A stretch of 63,838 nt of DNA, filler included, from Bigelowiella natans CCMP2755 (lineage: Eukaryota > Protista > Cercozoa), in the NCBI GenBank assembly GCA_000320545.1. It is 4 parts of 4 records of this genome, joined end to end, with 100 filler letters (N's around TTAATTAATTAA, not from the genome) between each part and the next. Parts side by side here need not be neighbours in the genome. Positions count along the whole stretch, not along the records: positions 28,947 to 48,538 come from ADNK01002132.1; positions 48,639 to 61,810 come from ADNK01003046.1; 2 more parts are not named here. One strand, written 5' to 3'. Both the position numbers and the translations under genes were made by a program. This document shows positions 37,369 through 49,822 of this stretch, one piece after another. The notes beneath the pieces are model-generated. The model had not been told where the DNA came from, searched no databases, and saw nothing but the letters and a program-made list of their open reading frames with translations. Position 1 is the first letter of the stretch. Every line of letters starts with the position of its first letter.

Positions 37369-39098
37369 TTACACACCTGGTAACGATTGCGACGACGTCG
37401 ACGACGACGACGAAGACACATCATTAAGGATGTTAAAACCCATACCATCAGCGGTCGGGAGCGACTCCAACTTCGTCCGATAGCCCATTTGTGCAATAAA
37501 CTCGTCGTCTGTCTTCTCAAGATCCACTGGTGCTATTGCTTTCCACTGGGCCCGGGAAGCCCAATGGATAACCTGCCACAACGTGCAGTTGGTGGTAGTG
37601 CCCATACTGCTGTCTTCTGGTGACTCCCAGGTTTGCTTTGACAGAAATCCATCCTGCTGCTGGAGAAATGAGGTCCAGATTTTAGCGTCTACATCTAGAA
37701 AATGCTCGCGATCTGAGCATGGTAACGATTGGCGAAGAACCTCCACGACTTCCGTTGAAATGGGCGCAGAAGGAGTTGTCCTCTTAGAAGAAGATGATGA
37801 TACAGCAATGGTGGTTGTGGTTGTGTCGGTAGGGGACTTAGAGGGGTGTGATGAAGAAGGGGGCTCTAAGAACACGAATGGCTCATAATGTAGGCTAGAG
37901 GGGCACTCTTCCGTATTTCTGTTATTTTTGTCAACACCACTGTGCAATGCACACAGCGGAACCACTTGAACAAGGGTGGAGTTCAGATCGACGAAGCTAA
38001 TCTCGCGCGCCTCCTCATCATCTGTGCTCGTTTGGGTGAGCAGCGCGAATTGGCGCTTATCCCACATATATGCGGACCCACTGCCTTTACGATTGATTAC
38101 TACGCTGCCTGTGGCCCCACCTATTCGCATCTGGTCTACTTCGAAACTGGATTGTGGTTCCCATGGAGAGAAAGAGCCAATGTGCGATGCATTGCTGCTG
38201 GCACTATGATGGATACCAAAGACTTTTGATATGGTCGGATCGAACTCAAGTAGCGTGAATGACTCAGAGCTGGCCTCACGAAAGCGAATAGCGGATTTAA
38301 CCTGTATGGAAGAGAAATGTAACCTATCGTCGAACAACGAAATGTAGAGTACCAACTACAAAGACAATTAAACGTGTGAAGCATCCGTGTAGGCTGGTGA
38401 TATATACATCGCCAGAATACCTTGCCCGTTGTGAGGTTGAATCCTGCCACGCCTTCTTGGAGCTGGACAAACAACGTAGTTCCAATGTCGAAGAAGGCAG
38501 AACTGGGATACGCGGCAGCCCCTCCAAGCCCGAGCGAACGTAATGGGAAATTTACCAAGACTTGAGCACCCGTTGCAGTCGCATAGTTGTATCGAGCCAC
38601 GACCAGACTACCTCCAACTACAGCACTAGCAATCACCACAACGCGGTCTGTATGCAATGTGTGGGAGCATGCTTCGAGGGAAGGGGGAAAGACGTCCAGA
38701 AGAGGTTGATCCATCTTCACTGTCCCATCTTCCATTTGGATGGTCAGCAGCCGCCACGAGGAGGTGTTGCCCTGCTCACCCGACTTTTTCGCCAGAGTGA
38801 AGTATAGTTTTTGAGTTTGATCAACTGCGGAGGGGAGACATCTTGGAGTGCTGTAGCCCTGCAAAAAGAAACGATGTTAATTTAAAGGGGCCATTTTTGT
38901 TTCTAGTTTCAACCCATCTGGCCAAAAGACCTTTTTCTCTAAGGAAGTCCCAACATTCTCCATGGAGTAAGAACCATCGCTTACATCCATCCGACGTAAC
39001 TGGCCAGAGGGGTATGTTGTGAGATAGAGACCCTGCAAGGAGGCATTCGTGTCCTCCAAGGCGAGAGCCATAAGCAAGACCCATGCTATTAAGATCAT
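37369..39098 (-). CDS. Predicted secreted protein (3 exons) with beta-rich N-terminus and C-terminal TIGR03792-like/ABM dimeric alpha-beta barrel domain
   Basis: Signal peptide MILIAWVLLMALALEDTNA. In-frame junctions SLEKK|GYSTP and TTGK|VKSAI. S/T/P-rich linker, then VVEVLRQSLPCSDREHFLDVDAKIWTSFLQQQDGFLSKQTW..VIHWASRAQWKAI..DEFIAQMG. Confidence 0.75.
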
Positions 39099-39988
39099 AT
39101 CTGGATTTTGTGCAAAGAAGATAATAATTACAGCCGAAATAAACCTAATCCAGTAGGAAAGATGGACATTGTTCTCCGACGTGAATAATGAAAAGAAAAA
39201 TTATTCTGAAAATTCTGAACGCTTTATACAGGTCATATTCCGTTCTAAATATGTTCCAAGTAGATCTAGAAGAGACCGCATGTGTCTACGAACGACCTAC
39301 ATGGGTGCTAAAAATAGATGCACAAGTCGTTGTTCTCCAGCGAAAACTCGTGCCGAAAACACATGACAGCTTCTTCGGGTGAAAAGCCTCAGGATAGCGC
39401 TCTGTGCTCGGGAAAAGCTCAAGTCGCATCACGGAAATAGAGGGGATCTCTGTTTGGTTTGGGCACCGAAGTGAACAAGAAGTTCGGATTCAGAGGTAGA
39501 TCAGTTTACACGCAATCCTCGTGAATGGTAGCTAATCCCTTGCATGCACATTTTGAGATGATGATCACAAAGTCCTTCTCTTTTACTCTACGTACAAACT
39601 TGAACTGCAGTTCAATTACCCTCTGCCCTTGGATACAATGGTGATCTTTTTGAATGCTCGGACATCTAGCTATCTGTGTTTTCTATTTTGAGCCGGCGAG
39701 ACTTATGATGTGTTTAACGTCACTACGTGTCTACGACCCGAGGAGGGCAGAAATCCATACCGCCCATGATTATTTCGTTCGAAGTTGTAAACTATACGAA
39801 TATGGATTCTTTTCAAAAGAATCCAAGTAGAATTATACCCCTTGCAACGTAGACATCTCACCTCTCAAATGTTCCCTCAATCAATGTTATTCTCAAACCG
39901 GCCATATAGGTACAGAGGAGGGTCGTAGTAAATTGAAGGCACTTCACCGACGGAGTAGAGAGGCTAGCAAGCTAAAAGCAACACATAA

Positions 39989-41813
39989 ATGTCCGGAAAA
40001 GCACTGTTCGTGTGCGCAGGTAAAGGGGATTTAGCAGGAGTGAAGAAGGAACTTGAAGCTGGTGCCAGCATCGACTGCAAACATGGAGGATACGGCATTA
40101 CGCCACTTATCGTTGCATCGGAGAACAACCACCTAGATGTAGTTAAACACTTGGTGGAGGCAGGTAAAGCTTCAGTTGATGCTATTGCAAAGTCGGGGAC
40201 TACGGCATTAATCGAAGCAGCGTGTAACGATAACAAAGAGGTCAGTGGTCAATTTGGTGCTCGTTAGATTGTAGCACTTTAATCTAATCATTGGCCACTA
40301 TGCCTCCCATCGATGACTGCTCCCTTATTTATTCCCAATATTTTTCTGACGAGCACCGAGTATAAGTCCGCGTGTCTCCTCCCCCTTTCTCATGAATAAC
40401 ACGTCGTTGAGAATTCAACGCCAGTATCTCGTTCTTCTTTCTCCTCCAACCGTCTCGATTTGAGCTACACCGTAAATTGTATTTCATTAACATACGTACA
40501 CAAACACCCACACACTAGGTGGTAAAATTCCTCATCGAGGTAGGAAAAGCAGACCCTTCTTTCAGGGGCGGCGACGAAAAGAAGACTGCTCTTGAGTGGG
40601 CGTTGCGCTGCGATAGCAAGAATACTGTGGAATACCTGAGTGATCTCTCTGCATCGGGCACGGGTGCTGCGTTATTCGCTGCCGCACAGGCAGGAAATGC
40701 TGCTGGTGTCATTAGCGAGCTGAAACTTGGTGCTCCTGTTGACTCCAAGCACGGAGGATACGGGTAGTAGTAGTAGTTGTTGTTGTTGTAGCAGCAGCAA
40801 CAGCGCCAGGCGTATTAGTGGCGACTAGAGTAGCTGTTATTTGGACACGGAAAAGTAAACATCATTTATTATGATCCTTTCTTCGAATTACACAGATATA
40901 CCGCTCTCATCGCAGCCTCAGAGAACAACCATCTGGAGGTCGTTAAGGCGCTGGTGAACACGGGAAAGGCTGATGTCAACGCAACGAACAAAAATGGAAC
41001 TAGCGCGCTCATTGAGGCTGCCTCCCATGACAACATAGACATCGTAAAATTTCTGGTGGAGGAGGGCAACGCTGACGTCGACTATCGTGGGGGAGAAGAA
41101 CAAAAGACAGCCTCCGAGTGGGCGGTCATTTGTGGAAGGAAAAGGACTGTGGTATATCTCTCCAAACTCAAGAATCAGGTGTGTGGTGTGTGTTATGTGG
41201 TATGTATGGGTGTATTTATGCCGTGCTCGTTTCTCCCGCACAGCATCATCAAATATATGGAGCACAACCTCCCACCAAATCGATCTTCTTCTCCTCTTTG
41301 TTCTTCACCAGCTTAACGAAAAGAAGTTCAAGTCAAGCGGAGAAATGTATGCCAAACTTAGCCGCAAAGACTTCGAGAAACTCGATGAGGCTGGCTTGAT
41401 TAAATGGCTCACGTCCGTGGGAAGAGAGTAATGATGCAAACATATGTAGAGAAAACTCAGGGGGGAGGGGGATTACCCACTCACATAGTTTCTAAATTTG
41501 AACGTATATCAACACCCACCGCCGTCTCCAGGTTTGAATCGAAGGATGAGTTAATCAAGGCCATTGAAGAGGAGGAATTGAAAGGCAGGGACCTGCTCTC
41601 CCTCTCGCAGAAGGAGCTTAAAGAGGTAGTAAACTATCACCTTCTCTTCTATCGATCGATGACACACGCATACAAAGGAGCGAATATTATTAGTAATGAT
41701 AACGACAACACAGGCTCATCATGTTTTGTGTTTTAACTGATAACGGAAAGATTCTAAAGAAGACTGGTCGCGTAAGGAGGCTGACAGAGGCTCTGGAACA
41801 GTTCCGCCTGTGA
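39989..41813 (+). CDS. Ankyrin-repeat protein with C-terminal SAM domain (6 exons)
   Basis: Ankyrin repeats (GITPLIVASENNHLDVVKHLVEAG; GTSALIEAASHDNIDIVKFLVEEG). C-terminus LIKWLTSVGRE|FESKDELIKAIEEEELKGRDLLSLSQKELKE|ILKKTGRVRRLTEALEQFRL* is SAM-like. Confidence 0.85.
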
Positions 41814-42396
41814 TTGAATTGAAATGACCAAAACTGATAAATATACATTGTTTTCAGAAGTTGTCTGTAACCAAATTTCACCAGTTTTGAAGCATGACTT
41901 AGTTTCTAACTGCTTGAGGACTCTTTTTACTCTACAGCCTTTTATGATATTCACAGAAAACAATACATGCACGTATCGTTACGTAAAAGTTAAAGCTTTC
42001 ACAAATATATGCTTAGAAATAGAGCAAAAGGATCCCCAAACGCCTATTAGTCATATGTGCTAGTTTTGTGCATCGCAACGATATGTGAAAGTTACATATC
42101 AAGACACTTTGATTGGATCCACCATAAATTCATCATCAATTTATGCTTTCTTCATTTGCGCGTCATTATTAATTGTTTTGTCCGCTACAATCAGCTCTGA
42201 TGCATGCTGAGCATAGAGCAGTTTGAACGATCTAGCATGCGATGCAAAAGGGTTCTGACGCTACAATGTAAGCTTTGCTGCATTACGCGAATGTCACTTG
42301 ATAATTTAATTATAACTTGCCATTAATAGAGCGTAATAGCAATGAGCCTTACTGTTCACTGTATGGCCTAAATAAACATACCGCGTGCTATATGAG

Positions 42397-42467
42397 ACGG
42401 ATGTAATGAATTGATTAAATCTTTTCAATGGTAATTCTAATGCAGCTATATGCGCATGTACTACAGC
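42397..42467 (+). repeat. Dispersed non-coding element, copy 2
   Basis: ACGGATGTAAT..TGATTAAATCTTTTCAATGGT..CTAATGCAGCTAT..CTACAGC, similar to 25521-25607. Confidence 0.7.
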
Positions 42468-42799
42468 ATTTTGCATGTAATAAAGGTTGTCTATAGTTGT
42501 GTTGAAAAATCATGTGCGCATAGTGCCTGCCCCTACTACGCACGCGCTTCTTATTTTGGCGTGTCATCATGACGACTAAAATGAATGCGAAGGCGGGACG
42601 GCACCGACAAGGTCATCATCAAGACTACCTGCATCCATGCTTCACCTAATAATCATGGACGTAACCAGTGGGTTGCAAGCTATGTATATATGCGCATTGC
42701 AGGGGTAATGTTGCCGTCTACACACGAGACGTTGGAGGTGTATGTGTTGAACGCATGCTAATTATTACTACAGTCCATCGTTCATGCACCACCCAAGTG

Positions 42800-44966
42800 T
42801 CACGCAGGCCCGATCTCACGCCAGGCACCGCCCACACAGGCCTCGCGAAAAACGCCATTTTCCTGTTCAGAATATCCACCTCACAATTAATGGAATAAGA
42901 TTGCGAAACAGATAGAATAGGAACGAAGAAGTATGAGTGCAACACCATGCAATAATAGCCGCTGAAAGTAATGACGATTCCGCCGTAATCGACAATAGCG
43001 ACGACAACAATGACTTGAAGCTCACACTTACCGTTCCGAAGACAATTTTTGGCGCAAGAATTTCTTTGTAGAGAATATCTTCAGACTCAGCACCTTCTGC
43101 TTGCAACATTACAGCCCGGAGCGATGGTGCATTGAGATCCACTGTCACCAAATCAGCGTAACATCCCTCACGAATTTCCCCTGTTGGCAGTCCCAGAGAG
43201 TGCGCTCCGTTCTTTGTCGCCATATTGATCAGAGTCGCCGAAAGATTGGCATTCTTCTTCCTCTCACCTCCCCGCTCCACAACAGCATCAGCGAAGACAC
43301 CGCGCCGCTCAAGATGCAGCCTTTGCACGAGTTCAAGCCATCGCATCTCTTCAGTCATAGAAATGCGCACGTTAGAGTCTGTTCCGATACATATCTGTCC
43401 CGGTCTTCTCCCTTCTCCTCCTATGTGTGAGAGCAAGCCTTTTACGTCAACAATTCCATCCCCTAGCGAGGCTTCTGTGATGGGGCACAAGCAGACGTTG
43501 GCACCGGATAACAGGAAACGCTCCATCTGCTCAGGGTTCGTGTGCGTGCAATGAACCGCTGTGAACGATTCGTCGGGAGACAACTCCTCGCAGACCATGT
43601 CCATTGGCGTTCTGTGAGTTTCATGCAGTACATATCAGATCAATCTTCGACGATGAAAACCGGCCGAAATCGCAGAAAAGAAGACGACATAAAAAAAAAG
43701 AGGGCCTCCTACTTTTTATTCTTATTCTTCATCACACACCGTCCATGCCGTTTCACGAACTCGTCCACTTCGATTTTTTGCTCCTCCAGATGTATGTGAA
43801 ATGGAAGCCCCCTTTCCATTGCCCCGCGTCTCAACTCTACCAAATCAGGGATGCTGACAGCACGGACACTATGGCCGACTACACCTAGACTACTTCTCTG
43901 CCTCGCACTGCAACTGCTAATGCTACTACTACTACTACTACTACTACTACAACTACTACCAATACTGTCCTCATTCGTTACTCCTTTGATTTTGCGATTA
44001 AGACTATCTAAGCTCTCCCAAAACCGTTCAATACTGGGGGATTCGAAGTGTGTCTGTGCTGAATGCAAAGGCGCTTCTGGATGCAGAATCCCTGAGTGCT
44101 TGTAGTAGGTCTGGAGAAGCACAACCCGAATTCCTGAGTCATTCGCAGCCTGCAGCACTGCGTCATCGAGCTCGAAACAGGGTACACGCGGCACGGAAGG
44201 CTTGCCTCTTTGGTTGAAGTAGTGATGCAGGTAATGAAATTCGCCTACCGACGTGATCCCTGCACACAGCATTTCCTCAAAGGCCTAATTGGCACGCAAA
44301 CAGATGAGTTGTTCTTTCGACCGAATTGTTCATGGACGACACGATTGATAACGAAATTAAGGTTTATATAGATAGAGAGGCGTCGGTATTTCTGTCCCGA
44401 GAAGACTGATAAATGAGCACATCAATTTTGCACTTCTTACAAGGTAGAGAAGTAACCTGCCGTGATAGCTGATATATCTTGGACGGTGTCATGTCTTCCA
44501 CCAACTTGTACATCGACTCTCTCCACGTCCAGAAGCTACCAACACCTTGAGGATATTCCTCCCCCCGCCCCCTCAATCCGATCTGGAACGCATGGCTGTG
44601 TGCACTAACGAACCCAGGCATCAGAGCGCGATGCTTGAGCCGCCGCCATGAACTAGGGAACGGCACCTCCTTGCCGTCCCTATCCTCCTTACGAAGCACA
44701 CGACCGATTTTGCCATCGCTCCGAATCTCAACAACAACGCCCTCCTCGAATGATTTGCCTGTCCAGGTCAGATCCGCCTCAACCTGCTCGGAAATAATGG
44801 CCCCATCCTGCTGATGGGAGCTTGTTGCGGAGCCCTGACGCAAAGACAATGACCTCCTTAGAAGAGGCCACGGCTGATGTAGGCTCTTTCGTCCACAGCG
44901 AGCGCGTAAAGCAGCAATGATGTGCGGACACGAGGTTCCGGAGCGGCATCGAGGATGAGGCATCAT
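42800..44966 (-). CDS. hutF: Formimidoylglutamate deiminase (HutF, amidohydrolase family), 4 exons, Arg-rich presequence
   Basis: PGFVSAHSHAFQ..LRGRGE, SFWTWRESMY, EMLCAGITSVGEFHYLHH, HSVRAV, HIHLEEQ..EV, AVHCTH, CPITEASLGDG, IGTDSN..EEMRWLE..QRL. Last exon ENGVFREACVGGAWREIGPA*. Confidence 0.88.
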
Positions 44967-45242
44967 CGCCGGAACAAAGGATGTAGAGAATGTCTTAAAA
45001 CAGATGCCTCTTTGTACATGGAAATCATACCAAAATCCAAAAATCCCCGACGATGTTTCTAATGCGACTTGCGATCATTCATTATCGACGCATGTTTTTA
45101 TACCATAAATGCCCAATGGTTTTCCCACTGCGACTGAAAATGAAGTGTTGTCGCAGAATAAATTCGGAACCATTTGATATTATCTTTCTCCCTCTCGCGA
45201 TTCGAGAGATTGCTACTCGTAGAATTCGTCGGTACTCTCAAC

Positions 45243-46285
45243 ATGGACGGGGCCGGCTCTTGGAACTGCCAGCGCTGCACGTTCTTGAACTCGTATGTGT
45301 CACTCCACCGCCGCTTAATATCCCTTTCACATGCATCGCGCGCATCCGAACGTTCTCCCGCACACGAAACTTGCTGCACGGTGATGTCGTATAAGACGCG
45401 CTTGTCATGGTTTTGACGTGTGTTCTCAGTAATGCAAGGAGGGTGTGCGAGATGTGCGCCTTTCCTCGCCCGAAGCAGCAGGTATTCACCTTTACACAAT
45501 GCTTACTCCTCTGCGCGTTTTGTTTCACGACTGCCGATTGCAAGGGGGGGGGGCATATCAGTCCATTGAGTAGTCGGTGAAATGGCTCGGTTTTTGAGTA
45601 GATACGTCCGATCCGACATAATGACGCTTTGTCCCTCTATTTGTCTTCCCTTAGATTCGGCGCGTATTTGTATTCGACTGTGGGATGGGTGAGCACCACC
45701 GTTTTGCTGTTCGGCGACACACTTCAGATCGTCTGATTGACGATGATTTCGATCCTTTCTTCCAGATGCACTTAACGGCGAATACGTAGCTGATGGGAAA
45801 TCTCTCGGGCCAACAGCGATTGTAAGTGAAAGCATTCATGATGGGGGAGAACGAGAAGACAACGACGACGAGTTGTGAGGAGAACGAAGAGGCATTTGTT
45901 CTTTGGAGATCAATCATTGGTGCTGATTAATGAATGAAAATGCACAATCACTCAGTATCGAAAGAAAGCTGCGAGCGGCTACGAATCAACCATTTCCAAA
46001 GCTCCAAGGGGGTAGAGAGCTTGCACCGACTAAAAATATGTGTGAGTATGTCTACTTGGGCGTACATAATTATATGTCTTTACGCGTTAGATGGGTGCTG
46101 GGAGATGTAAAGAAGAATTATTTCGTGGCTTTTTCAAACGACTCATCACCGCCAATGAAGGCCTGGCAGCTGGTAAACAATGTGTCCTCTTCACAAATTT
46201 AAATAATTGTTCAACATAGCAAGGAAGCGATCTCAGTGATATGCGCCTTTGGTTCTATTTTAGACATCAGACACATGTTGCATAT

Positions 46286-46320
<35 letters not shown>

Positions 46321-46718
46321 CACATTTCATCATAAATCACATAGCTGACAGCATTCGCAAGTTCCCCCAATTTATGATATGACAACTGTCGCAGATCATT
46401 AAATCCAACGACTTACTAAGACTACCAGAATGATTCGAAAGCATAAATTCTGCACACATACGCTGTGATACATCCCACACCCACACACCTCCATCCACGC
46501 TTGTCTTCATTGCCACTTCATCGTTGTGCAGTGTGGCGAGAAGATTGATCCAGTAGCTGTGGTGACGAAGGTGGACTCGTTCTTTGTGAGGAATCCAGTT
46601 TTGAAGAAGGCGGTCGGATAGAAAAAAAAATAGACCCCAATCTTCTTAGTTCTTACTGTTGCTCCTGCTCCCGATGATGATCAGTTTTCATTATCCGCGC
46701 ACTTCAGAATAAAATACA

Positions 46719-46763
<45 letters not shown>

Positions 46764-47474
46764 ACACACCTCTATACACACAACATTACAATCACAAGTA
46801 GCAATACCCAGGAAGGACGATATGGGAGGTCAGGGACGTATGGGGGCAAGGGTGTCTACACGTACACTGTAATCTCTTAGTTGTAGTAATTATTATCTTA
46901 TTGGAAGTGGCAGCAGCAGCACGTAATAGTCGGCACGATGACGATTATAAACGCAACAGTTTTCCACCGGAAGACATCAAACGTTGGACGTGTTCTCTTA
47001 TTGTACGATGTCGCTGATTCATCACCCTTGCAGAAAAGCGGTGGAAGCGGCCAGAGATTTGTCATCGCGTACAGCTCAGAGCGACAACGGTGAGAAGTGA
47101 TGGATTGATACCCTGAGCGAGCAGCTCCTCTAAACCACCTAAATGATGGTCTATCTGCGGTTCATGACCTCATATAGATGTTGATGATAATGATTGTCCA
47201 ATCCATGCAGCTGGCTGTTCGGTAGCGTCGATGCTCCCAGTGGGGGAGGGGGAGGAGCGTTCCAGCTGACATCGGAGAAACAGCTCAATAAAGTCCTCTT
47301 CCTCAGCAAAGAGAAAGATTCTTCCGCAATGCCGCCATTGACCACCTGGTATGGTTGGGAATCGTAGATTTTGAATGATGGGTGGTGATGGTAATGATGA
47401 CGATTTATTCACCCTCTGCTCTAGTGTGTAACGGTGTATCCCCCCCTGTCATCATCATCTTCATCACCCTCACC

Positions 47475-47509
<35 letters not shown>

Positions 47510-48003
47510 TGTAATTGCCGTCGTCATCGTCGTTGTCGTTATCGTCCTCTACTGCTATATCTATCCTGCTCACTTCTCCCATCTACCAATTAAAAAGGCT
47601 TCCAGCAGATGAGCTGCCCCCCCCGGTAAATACAGGCATATAATACCCAGAAACTAATGACTACTGAAATGCAGATGGTGTCGTCTAATTTGCTGTTGCT
47701 GTGAATGCCATAATGATGAGCTAATAAGATCTGCCTATGCGTTAAAATGCCACTCGATCAGATGTTAATTACTGTGGAAGACGAATGCCGGTGAGAGCGC
47801 TGCTAAAAATCATCATCATCACGATATTCTTTCGAGAATTTCCAACTTCCAGAGAAATAGAGGCGAAAGAATAAGTCAATCATGTGGTTCTTTACAGTTA
47901 TCTTTGAGCTGAGCGCTCCTGTGAGACGTATCATAATGAAGTTTCTCTCCTCCTCCTCCTCCTCCTCCTCCTCCTCCTCCTCCTAATTTCGTCTATATTG
48001 AAA

Positions 48004-48042
<39 letters not shown>

Positions 48043-48538
48043 ACAAGCCTCCTTCACGCACTCATATTATGGATATACATAGTACTCGTACGCTGAATCT
48101 TATCGCCCCTGCGCTATCTAAAGCGGACTCTTGCCACGGTAATGATGATGATGAGGATGATGATGAGGATCGAACAGATGATAGCGATCATAGTAGTGAG
48201 GATGATGGTAGTGCTATCAGTTTGTGACTAAGATGGTGATAACAATCACCCCTCCCCTCCTTTCAGGCCAGACGGTGCTTGTGATCGGATCTGGCTCTCT
48301 TGAAGTGCAAGGTAGTAGTAGTAGTAGTAGTAGTAGTACTAGTAATAGAAGTAGTTTCGTGACATACTGGACGACGATGACGACGATGTATTGAAAATAC
48401 ACAATGGAAAAAAGCAATCAACCTCCCCATACGTGTACTGCTTCGGATGATGTTCTCTCAGGACGCTATTTCCCTGCTGAAAGAGTCCAAGGTGGTGTGT
48501 AAGCAGATGTTGAATGCTCAAAGATCAGGGGGGGGGGG
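45243..48538 (+). CDS. Multi-exon protein with N-terminal RanBP2/NZF-type zinc finger, 3' end lost in the gap
   Basis: MDGAGSWNCQRCTFLN|SNARRVCEMCAFPRP (W-x-C-x2-C-x3-N-x6-C-x2-C split by an intron). Further short exons include DALNGEYVADG and WVLGDVKKNYFVAFSNDSSPPMKAWQL. Confidence 0.6.
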
Positions 48539-48638
48539 NNNNNNNNNNNNNNNNNNNNNNNNNNNNNNNNNNNNNNNNNNNNTTAATTAATTAANNNNNN
48601 NNNNNNNNNNNNNNNNNNNNNNNNNNNNNNNNNNNNNN
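48539..48638. other. Assembly gap with artificial linker
   Basis: 44 N + TTAATTAATTAA + 44 N. Confidence 0.97.
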
Positions 48639-48645
48639 GGAGGAG

Positions 48646-48703
<58 letters not shown>

Positions 48704-48786
48704 GGCGCGCCGAAGACTTCCCCTGATTCTTTGTTCTTCTTAATGTTTCCTTGTTCTTCCTAACGTTTCTTTTCTCTTCACCGCAG

Positions 48787-49028
48787 GCGGCGGGTGCAGG
48801 GTCGGGCTCCTCCAACATCTCCACCTCCTCCTCCTTTTCCTCTCGGCTCAGAGACGCCTCGCCGGCAAAGAGCTTGCCGCCTCTGCCGAACGGTAAGGAC
48901 GCGGCCGCGGGCGCCCTCCCCGACCCCGCCCACCAGGCGCAAAACGCCTCGGCGATGAGAGGTAGCTTCTTTGCCCCTGCTCACGGTTCCGAGTCATATC
49001 ATGTAGATGGAACATGGATTAGCATATC

Positions 49029-49074
<46 letters not shown>

Positions 49075-49366
49075 CCTGCCACATCATTGAGCAGTGCAAT
49101 GTCTTGACCAGGGCGGTGGGGAATGCCTCCAAATAGCCGCGCGAAGCACAAGTCGAGAAGAATGGAGAGCTTGGAGAGGTAGTAGGAGTAGCCGGAATTG
49201 TAGGGGCGTTGGCGTTGAGCCGCACCCCCCCCCCCTTGCTCCCTTGATAGCTCTGATTGAACATCGTGGTTGTATGCGTGCTTTATTGGCCGTTGTCAGG
49301 AAGAGCAGGAGCCACAGAAGCCCGAGCCTCGATGTCGCCCTTAACAAAAGAGAGAAGAGTGCGTAA
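48787..49366 (+). CDS. 3' exons of an unidentified gene following the gap
   Basis: Polypyrimidine/CAG acceptor at about 48786, a GC-rich low-complexity exon, a (TA)n intron and a terminal ORF ending at 49366 before a 3'-flank-type region. Confidence 0.35.
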
Positions 49367-49822
49367 GTCGCACGTGGGCGCGTATGATGTGTAGAGTATA
49401 ACGATGATTGTGGGGGGGGGCAGCGCGTGTGCGTGGCTTGATGCAGGCCGGCAGCAACAGTGTTTTGATGCATGGACATGCATTTAGGAAGATGATTACA
49501 TGATCATTCATCAATTTCAGTGCACACGATGTAACGACACATGCGATTATTCACTACTAGACTACTTCGATCACTCTGTGTACTACAGCGCGCGTTCGAG
49601 ACATCATGTGCACATGCATTGCATGCTGTTACTGTGTCTATGATGTTACATCAGATGTACATCATGCATGCTGTCACTGTGTCCATGATGTGTCACGTAA
49701 TTGTTTCATGCCACATTGACACAGTTGGGGGCTTGCATTGTTGTCCATTACACTGTGACAGTTTTGCTCGCATTCGCATGTGTTACATCTGCTAGATCAA
49801 TGCATGCGCCAACTCGCCTGGC

